From NCBI GenBank assembly GCA_001724265.1, contig MEDY01000019.1:120388-140387 (forward strand): 20,000 bases of DNA, written 5' to 3'. This document shows positions 13,552 through 20,000 of the stretch, piece after piece (within the stretch, counting starts at the first letter, position 1; every line of letters starts with the position of its first letter). The translations under genes and the position numbers were made by a program. The DNA comes from Rhizaria sp. SCN 62-66. Taxonomy: Eukaryota. The notes below the pieces were generated by a model, which made no database searches, was not told where the DNA came from, and was given only the letters and a program-made list of their open reading frames with translations.

Positions 13552-16159
13552 CTTATACAACCACGTGCAGCAGCAACAGCCGCAGCCGCAAGGCGGCAGA
13601 CCCATTGGTGCATCCGTGTTCTACGGTGCCGGCGGCGCTGCTCCCGGCGGCGTCGTCAGCGGCTACGGCGGCATGGCCACGCCCGCTGGTAGAGCGGTTC
13701 ACCACTCGCACCACAACCTCAACGCCAACACCAGCGCTGGCGCTGGCTCTGACGCCGACGCCAACGCGCGCGGGGTGCTGCTTCAGCAGCAGCAGACCCG
13801 CTACGCATCCACGGGCGGCGGCGGCTTTGGTAGAGGCGGCAGCAGCGCGATGGGCAGCGGCGGCGCACTCACGGGCGCGTTCACGTCGCCCGCTCCCTAC
13901 GTCTTCTCGACCAGCTCACCCGCCAGCGCGGCCGCGAGCGACGGCGCGCTGATGCACGGCGCCGGCGCTAGCAACCATGGGTACCACAGTGCGCGCGGTG
14001 CGGTGATGGACGCGGTGAATAACGGCAGCGCTGCCGCCGCCGCTGATGCTGCGGCCAATGGAGGTCTCACTGGCGCTGGCGCGGGCGGGCTTGCCGCCGC
14101 GATGTCCGCGTCCAACGTGTTTACTCGGCAGTCCGGGGCGCACCATGGTCACAGCCAAGGCCACGGCCACGGCCACGGCCACGGGCACCCGCACGCGCTC
14201 AGTCAGGCGTCGTTTCACCCCTCTGTGCCGGTGTGGGTCGCGGAGCCCCCGGCGAGGGTGCTGCCTCACAGCGTCTCGTACATGTTCAACCCCCAGAGTC
14301 AACAACAACAACAACAACAGCAGCAACTGCGGCAGCGGCAAGAGCAACGAAAGCAACAACGGCAAGCGCCGATAAGACAGGTCAACTCGACCGAAATTCC
14401 GGCAGAATTTGCCGCTGCCGCCGCTGCCGCTGCTGCGATGCCGATGGGCGCTGACGCAAGCGGTGGCGGCCTGACTTCCATCGGCGGCTTAAGTTCGGAT
14501 TTCGCGACTCACGCACTGAGTCCTGACCGCGCCACGCGCGCGCGCGAGCTCGCCCGCCTGGCCCAACTCGCGGCGAGCGACTACGTGGGGACTCTGCCCA
14601 CGATCGCCAGCGTGGTAGATTCGGGCGCGTCGATTTCCGCGTTCGCGTCACCTACAATGCCCAACAACAGCATCGTCGGCGGCGGGCATCAGACCGCTGG
14701 CCAACACAACGCAAACTCGAACCCCGACCCCAGTCCCGGCGGCTCTGGCTCCGGCGACGGCTCGGGCCTCGGCGCGAACTCCGGCTACGGCAGCGCGATC
14801 CCCTCGGTCTCGCCCACATGGTCCCCGGATACTCACTATGCACAGACAAGAGTGGCGGCCAACGCGGCCGCGGCCGTGGACGCGACGCTGATGCCCGACG
14901 GCACCGCGATGTTTCAGATGAACGCCGACGGCCGCCGCGGGCGCAGCTTCGGGCTGCTGAGCGTCAACGCGAGCCCGAGCATGCTGTCGCTATCGAGCAG
15001 CGCGGTCAGCGGCATGACTGGCGCGGGGTCGGTTTCGAAGCAGCTCCAGCAGCAACAGCAGTCTTTTGGAGGACTGCAGGAGCAAGCGCAGCTGGCGCTG
15101 TCCGCGGCCGCGATGAGCTCGCAGCTACAAGCGCCGTCGCAGACAGTGTCACAGGCACAGTCGCTGGCGCAGTCTCAAGTCCCGGCTCCGACGCAGTCCA
15201 GATCCCTGCACGTGACTGTTGCCGCCGCCACGGGCGCCGGCGACGACGACGACGGCGTCGTGAACGAGTCCGAGCTGCTGGGCGCGCCGCTGCGCGTGCC
15301 AGCTACGCGGTCGATGATGACGGCTCATGGCCACACCGGCATCGCCAGTCTGCTCGCCGTCCCCGGCACCGCCAACGCCGCTGACCGCAGCAGCGCTAAT
15401 ACTACGGCATCAGCTGCAGCGGCTGATGGTTTCGGTCGAGTTACGACGGCGGGAGTCAACAGCAGCCCGGGATACAACGGCGCAAGTCCCAGCTACGGCG
15501 CTCGCAGCAACTACGGTCAACCCACCCCGCGCACCGCGAACATCAATGGCAGCAACAGTAACTCTAGCAATAGCGTGAATTTGACTGCTGCCGGCGTCAA
15601 CTCCCCGCCCGCGTTTGAGCTCATCTCGGCGCGCATGGGCTGGGGGGGCGATGGGCGGTTCGACTATAACCCCGGCACCGCGGGCGGCGTGGGCCCGGTC
15701 TCGCCCTCGGTGGGGCCCGCGAGCCGCGCCGGGTTCAGGGACAAGGACCGTGGCGAGTGGGTCATGACGCCCGCACCCGGCACCGCGCGCACAAACAGCA
15801 CTACCTCTCACGCTCACACGAGCGCTGCGACTGCGAGTCATAACAACGCAGCTCCGGGTGATGCCAACAACTCTTTCCAGGGCGTGACGGTGGCCAGTGC
15901 CACTGCCGGCAGCGTGCGCGCCGCCGCCCCCGCAGAGAACGGCATGTACCCGGGCAGCAGCGCGCGTGGACGCGTCAGTAACAGTGTTAGTCAGGGTGTG
16001 AACGCAGGTAACAGCGGTGACGTTAGCGACGGCACCGGTGTGCGCAGTCTCGTGCGCTCGATGCTGAAGCCCGACCAATGGGAGGTTGCTGTCGGCAGTG
16101 ACGATGAGCACGGCCACCAGCAGTACGTTCACAGGCTCAAGCTCCAACAGCAACAGTAG
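8147..16159 (+). CDS. Second exon of the giant protein: TPR-like block (about 8600-8870), charged coiled-coil/polyQ (about 8960-9250), acidic region (about 11650-12290), long disordered tail; ends at an in-frame TAG
   Basis: 2670 stop-free codons after the splice acceptor, with the same codon and amino-acid bias as the upstream exon. Confidence 0.9.
11849..11899 (+). repeat. Coding AK dipeptide repeat
   Basis: GCN-AAR units encoding AKAKAKARAKAKAKAKA. Confidence 0.85.
13526..13552 (+). repeat. Perfect (AAC)9 microsatellite, poly-Asn
   Basis: Counted directly. Confidence 0.95.
14141..14194 (+). repeat. Coding His-Gly repeat
   Basis: HHGHSQGHGHGHGHGHPH, mostly GGCCAC units. Confidence 0.85.
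14300..14326 (+). repeat. (CAA)6(CAG)2CAA poly-Gln tract
   Basis: Counted directly; other polyQ tracts occur near 5550-5576 and 9230-9247. Confidence 0.9.
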
Positions 16160-16714
16160 TCGCAGCTGTCACCAGAGGACGGTAGGCTCCCCGGCTCAGT
16201 CTCTATGAGCAGCACAATGGGCGCTGTGCCGACCCCGCGTAAGCGCATCGTTCGCGGCGCAAGCGGCGCTGGCGGGAGCAACAACTCGAGCTTCTTTGCC
16301 AGTCCGATTAACACGACTCCTGCCGGTGCGGATGTTCGCAGTGGACACGGTTTGAATGGCGGGGACTTGCCTGGCAATACCCCTGTCCAGTTTGATAGTA
16401 AGCTCGGACTATTTCCCTTTGACTCTACCCCGCGTGCTCCTGACTACAACAACACGGATGCAGGTGTGACAAACGGTGGGCTGCTTTATGGATATCCCCA
16501 GAATGACAATGACCGTGAGCAGGAAGGGAATGTCGTTGAGTTAGACGTCAACGCCCTGCCCACGGCGGATGGTTACACGCCTGTTGCCGCTTATAACGCG
16601 ACTGCGGGCAGTCAGAGCTTAACTCAGAACATGGTTAACAACAATACGAATGGCGGCTACAATAGTGTGCGGAAGAAGACGAGTGTTGTGGCCCCGCAAC
16701 CGCCTCAGAAGTAA
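16160..16714 (+). CDS. In-frame continuation of the giant gene beyond the TAG (184 aa, SQLSPEDGRLPGSVSMSSTMG...APQPPQK*)
   Basis: The 16205 ORF is in the same frame as the 8219 ORF (difference 7986 = 3 x 2662) with no stop between 16160 and 16711; same S/G/N/P/T-rich style; AT-rich DNA begins only after TAA 16712-16714. Confidence 0.6.
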   Translation, partial: SQLSPEDGRLPGSVSMSSTMGAVPTPRKRIVRGASGAGGSNNSSFFASPINTTPAGADVRSGHGLNGGDLPGNTPVQFDSKLGLFPFDSTPRAPDYNNTDAGVTNGGLLYGYPQNDNDREQEGNVVELDVNALPTADGYTPVAAYNATAGSQSLTQNMVNNNTNGGYNSVRKKTSVVAPQPPQK

Positions 16715-17127
16715 GCTAACTTTGATTATAGAGGACATTTTTAACTATTGGAATACTTAATAATTTTATATAATGACACGATTTTTTCTAACTACTTTAT
16801 CCTCAGCGTGTATGCGCTTGATTACAACAATACATTACGACATTCTATCATCATCACCCACCTCAATGCACAAATATCTCAGATGGGATAATCCCCACTT
16901 CTTATAAAGCACAAGTATGATATGCAAATAGCTACAATATATCTTCTTAAGGAGTTTGAGTTCGATTAGTAGCCGTCGCGGTGTGTAGATCTTCAAAAAT
17001 AAACGCGATTTTGGTGGAAGTGCGCACGGTCACTTGCTTGTGGTGGCAGGAGATTCATCCGCAATTCTCAGAACTAAGGCTCCTCTTCAACGTAAGCAGA
17101 TGTTTAAGCTCTACATTGGCATAGAAA

Positions 17128-17215
17128 ATGACATGTCATATGCGGATCTTAGTTTAAAACAGAATACGCGTGGATCATTATTGCGCAAAATTTCGTCGAA
17201 AAGTTAGGCCGGCCT
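17128..17215. promoter_or_regulatory. Palindrome cluster, candidate AdoMetDC promoter
   Basis: ATGACATGTCAT (17128-17139), ACGCGT (17166-17171), TTGCGCAA (17181-17188), TTTCG-T-CGAAA (17191-17201), AGGCCGGCCT (17206-17215), 315-400 nt upstream of the AdoMetDC ATG. Function inferred only from position. Confidence 0.35.
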
Positions 17216-17229
17216 CGCCACCAGTCAGA

Positions 17230-17238
17230 ATGCGATAG
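17230..17238 (+). promoter_or_regulatory. Candidate tiny uORF (Met-Arg-stop)
   Basis: ATG CGA TAG with a purine at -3 (AGAATG); relevant only if transcription starts upstream. Confidence 0.3.
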
Positions 17239-17303
17239 TCCGGTCTGCATCTCGCTCGCTGGCTCCGTCTGACCACTGATCGACGGCCTCTCCGTCAGAG
17301 GCG

Positions 17304-17339
17304 ATGAGGCCATCAGCGCAGTTTGATTTCCTGCCGTGA
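17304..17339 (+). promoter_or_regulatory. Candidate uORF MRPSAQFDFLP* ending CCG-TGA-C
   Basis: Last ATG before the AdoMetDC start, G at -3; AdoMetDC mRNAs in animals and plants are known to carry regulatory uORFs. Transcription start unknown. Confidence 0.45.
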
Positions 17340-17529
17340 CCGGGCATTGTCTTTTGATATTAGATTGCTATCCAGGTTTATAACGCTTTGCAGTATTATT
17401 ACATTTATTTCTCACTTGGTTTCATTACGCCCTTTATTCTCTTCTGGCCCCCACTGCGTATCGCTTGCGTCGTCTGCCTCGCTCGTGCCGCACCGTGCGC
17501 TCCCGGCATCTCTCACAGCGTCGTCTTCC

Positions 17530-18903
17530 ATGTCCGAGGAGTCCAAGATTAGCTTTGAGGGTCCCGAGAAGGTTCTCGAGATCTGGTTTGTCCCTCCGAA
17601 CGAGTGGGATGAGAACGAGGGTCGCCCCACGTCTCCTCCGTCGGCCAACGGCCGCAACTGGCTGCTGAGTGTGTCCCAGCCCGTGTGGGCGGAGATGCTC
17701 GAGCTCGTTCACTGCCAGATCCTCTCTAAGATCTCCAACGACAAGGCCGACGCGTACCTCCTGTCCGAGTCGTCCATGTTCGTCTACGAGTTCCAGATCG
17801 TCATCAAGACCTGCGGCACCACCACTCTGCTCGCCTGCCTGTCTAAGCTGCTCGAGATCGCGGCCTCCGTGGGCCTCACCAAGGTCGACGACGTGTTCTA
17901 CAACCGCCAGAACTTCTTCTTCCCTGAGAAGCAGCTCGAGCCCCACCAGGGCTTTAAGGACGAGTGCCGTATGCTCGATTCGTACTTCTCCAACGGCGGT
18001 GCGTACATCGTCGGCAAGGTCAACGAGAACCACTATAATTTCTACAACGCCGAGTGCCGCATGGGCCGCACCGATCCCGCGATGCTCGAGCGCGACTCGA
18101 CGCTCGAGGTGTTGATGACCGGCCTCGACCACGAGCGCATGAAGAACTTTTACTTCGAGAAGGGCGTCACCACCAAGGACATTCGCGACCGGACGGGCAT
18201 CAGTGACTTCTTCCCCGACGCCGTCATCGACGATTACCTCTTTGAGCCCTTCGGCTACTCGCTCAACGGCCTCCTTGCCGAGGGCTACTTCACCATCCAC
18301 ATCACGCCGCAGCCCAACTGCTCGTTCGTGTCGTTCGAGACCAACGTGTTCATGGAGGACTACACCGTGCTCATCCAGAAGGTGCTCGCTGCCTTCCGCC
18401 CTGAGCGCTTCATCCTCACGCACCTCGCCAACTCGCTCGCACAGCAGGCGCTGCTGGCCACCGCGCCCAACCCCGTCCTTAACAAGGGCTTCTCCGACCG
18501 CGTGATCGCGCGTTCCGGCAACTTCCGCATCGTCGACAACATCTTCTGCCATTTCGAGCACTACGACCTCTTCTTCCTCCAGTTCCAGAAGCTCGCCACC
18601 GACGACGCCGCCGCTGCTGTGATCGAGGAGGACAACTCCACCACCCCGCTGCCGCTGCCCTTCGCCGCGGCCGCCGACGCCGCGGCCGCCGCGACGACGA
18701 CGACCGCGGCTGCCGCCGCCGAGAGTAAGAAGCGCCGCCTCGACGAGGCTGGCACCATTCTCAAGCCGTCGTCGCCCTATATGTCCGGCAATGCCGGCGG
18801 CGCGGCCGGGTTGCCCTCCGGCCTGTCGCTCGAGGGCGGCGCGCCCGTGGAGCACAAGGACAAGAAGTCGCGCCCCGCTGAGGAGCACGGCAAGGGCCAG
18901 TGA
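17530..18903 (+). CDS. AMD1: S-adenosylmethionine decarboxylase proenzyme (eukaryotic type), 457 aa, intronless
   Basis: Family motifs FEGPEKVLE, YLLSE|SSMFV (pyruvoyl-forming cleavage, Ser at 17770), KTCGTT, FYNRQNF, DSTLEVLMTGLD, GYSLNG, TIHITP, SFETN; first ATG in frame is 17530, where strong GC3 bias begins; stop TGA. Confidence 0.97.
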   Translation: MSEESKISFEGPEKVLEIWFVPPNEWDENEGRPTSPPSANGRNWLLSVSQPVWAEMLELVHCQILSKISNDKADAYLLSESSMFVYEFQIVIKTCGTTTLLACLSKLLEIAASVGLTKVDDVFYNRQNFFFPEKQLEPHQGFKDECRMLDSYFSNGGAYIVGKVNENHYNFYNAECRMGRTDPAMLERDSTLEVLMTGLDHERMKNFYFEKGVTTKDIRDRTGISDFFPDAVIDDYLFEPFGYSLNGLLAEGYFTIHITPQPNCSFVSFETNVFMEDYTVLIQKVLAAFRPERFILTHLANSLAQQALLATAPNPVLNKGFSDRVIARSGNFRIVDNIFCHFEHYDLFFLQFQKLATDDAAAAVIEEDNSTTPLPLPFAAAADAAAAATTTTAAAAAESKKRRLDEAGTILKPSSPYMSGNAGGAAGLPSGLSLEGGAPVEHKDKKSRPAEEHGKGQ

Positions 18904-19369
18904 TTGCGGTGAATGCTAGTATCGGAGCGAATTTCACTGCAAAAACAGCAACTTCATCTCTCGCCAGTGAAATCAAGTGAGAAAGTGTCAAGTCTTGGCT
19001 TCGACTTCGAGGGAGACTTATTTGAACTCGTCGTTAAACGTTGGACACACACAACCGTACTTTGGTATTTGTGAGTCGAAAGCCGCATCGCCAGACCAAA
19101 GTACCGACACAGATAGACCGACCGACAAAGCAGCAAAGCAAAGCTCATCGAGGGAAAACAAAATACGCCCCCAATTAACTGTCACAAGCTACACCGGCAT
19201 TAGCAGCCGCAAGCCCGACGAAGAGCCAAGTCACAACCAAGCCAAGTAAAGCCTAAGTGCAATATCGCGCATTGCCCACTGCAATCGCTGTGCTAACGAG
19301 TGGTGATGGCGGTTAATAAGAGCGATTATAATCACACAACACGTTACAAAGAATTTTATTTCTAATCAT

Positions 19370-19393
19370 AACAACAACAACAACTACAACAAC
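19370..19393. repeat. Intergenic imperfect (AAC)n microsatellite
   Basis: (AAC)5 TAC (AAC)2. Confidence 0.85.
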
Positions 19394-19686
19394 TGCACTG
19401 TGTAAAAGCTATTTCTATTGCATCTATTCCGCGTTCTCGACATTCGAACTCGTACCTCTGACTCTTAGTTTGAGTGACACATTCTTAAAAGTCGAGTTGC
19501 CCGCCATAGTTTCATGTTCATATCATTAGATCCACACAATACATAATACTGTAAAGGATACACCATTCATAGCGATCGATGAACATAAAATGACTCTTTT
19601 ACGCACGGTTTCGTTATGATCCACGATGTTTGTTTATGTCATAACGCGATGAAGAGCAAATGGGTAGATGTTTGTTGTTTTGTTTG

Positions 19687-19692
19687 TTTATT
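19687..19692 (-). promoter_or_regulatory. Candidate polyadenylation signal AATAAA for RPS13
   Basis: TTTATT on the + strand about 210 nt downstream of the RPS13 stop; a second copy at 19355-19360. Confidence 0.35.
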
Positions 19693-19903
19693 TGTGTCGA
19701 CACATAACCCTGCACCAAAAGATTGTCTTCTTTTTTTCCTCCATAGTTATTCCAAACGATTTTTATCTAGCTTCCACACACGCAAACACGTCATCGCACA
19801 GCGCAGATTGTTGCGCGCCGCTGTGACGTCCACTACGCTGTCGTAGCAGCGTCGTCGCGAGCAGGAGCAGGACAAAGCCGTCGGGAGTAGCACAGCGAGT
19901 CAC

Positions 19904-20000
19904 TTACGCGACGAGGGTGGAGGCGTTGTTGGACTCGTAGCGCCAGTTCGGGGGGAGGAACTTGCGGGAGCGGTAGTAGCGCGCGAGGCGGTGGATACGG
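19904..20000 (-). CDS. RPS13: 40S ribosomal protein S13 (uS15), C-terminal 31 aa, truncated by the window edge
   Basis: Reverse strand reads [34 protein letters not shown], matching the conserved eukaryotic S13 end (RIHRLARYY...LPPNWKYES..AS.LVA). Too short for the ORF track. Confidence 0.97.
   Translation of the reverse strand, partial: RIHRLARYYRSRKFLPPNWRYESNNASTLVA

Noticed and set aside
3-16156. Both exon segments measure exactly 2670 codons
   Set aside because: Coincidence: the first is cut by the arbitrary window edge and the halves show no sequence similarity.
16123-16185. Small in-frame intron (GTACGT...GGTAG, 63 nt; or 16156-16185, 30 nt) that would remove the TAG
   Set aside because: GC-rich, no pyrimidine tract, and would skip several nearer CAG acceptors, unlike the clear intron at 8013-8146; not excluded without RNA data.
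49-16377. Dozens of overlapping alternative-frame and antisense ORFs within the giant gene
   Set aside because: Expected shadows of very GC-rich coding DNA; Arg/Ala/Pro-rich translations with no recognisable motifs.
16711-16716. GTAAGC as a splice donor extending the giant gene further
   Set aside because: No convincing downstream coding exon, and RPS13's certain stop has the same G-TAA-G context, so it is read as a stop.
17172-17180. GGATCATTA resembling the 18S rRNA 3' end or U3 snoRNA box A
   Set aside because: Only 9 nt; no flanking rRNA sequence or properly arranged U3 boxes.
17323-17529. TTG start for a 526-aa AdoMetDC
   Set aside because: Bacterial-style start from the ORF caller; homology and codon bias begin at ATG 17530. 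The open frame is considered only under the frameshift hypothesis.
17364-17552. ATT-initiated uORF containing WPP and overlapping the AdoMetDC start
   Set aside because: The known polyamine-sensing motif in AUU-initiated antizyme inhibitor uORFs is PPW, not WPP, and the A-poor tract is stop-free in all frames anyway.
17434-18888. 484-aa antisense ORF mirroring AdoMetDC
   Set aside because: Codon-aligned antisense shadow caused by avoidance of TTA/CTA/TCA codons in a GC3-biased gene.
19436-19460. GAGTTCGAAT B-box/T-loop-like motif on the minus strand (similar GAGTTCGATT at 16958-16967)
   Set aside because: No complete T-stem, acceptor stem or cloverleaf, so not a tRNA.
18954-19846. Short intergenic ORFs (64-90 aa) between AdoMetDC and RPS13
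   Set aside because: No GC3 bias or motifs; they lie in the expected convergent 3' UTR region.
1-20000. CRISPR arrays, transposases, viral or prokaryotic defence genes
   Set aside because: None seen; all repeats are simple microsatellites and the gene structure is eukaryotic.

Overview
Eukaryotic (protist-like) genomic DNA with GC-rich coding sequence and AT-rich intron/intergenic DNA; the taxon cannot be assigned from sequence alone. (1) The two giant ORFs are one 5'-truncated gene: exon 3-8012 joins exon 8147 onward across a 134-nt phase-0 GT-AG intron, giving at least 5340 aa of mostly low-complexity protein. By eye its ordered islands resemble the post-NTPase/TPR half of soluble-adenylyl-cyclase-type STAND proteins. 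A lone in-frame TAG (16157-16159) ending a Gln run is followed by 184 more coding-like codons to TAA 16714. (2) An intronless S-adenosylmethionine decarboxylase gene (17530-18903) has two substitutions at normally conserved positions and an NLS-like tail. Its upstream region holds a palindrome cluster, competing hairpins and two uORFs, one ending in an antizyme-like CCG-TGA-C whose +1 frame is continuous with the enzyme. (3) The 3' end of a convergent 40S ribosomal protein S13 gene. The best leads are the AdoMetDC leader and the in-frame TAG; both are hypotheses needing RNA or comparative data.
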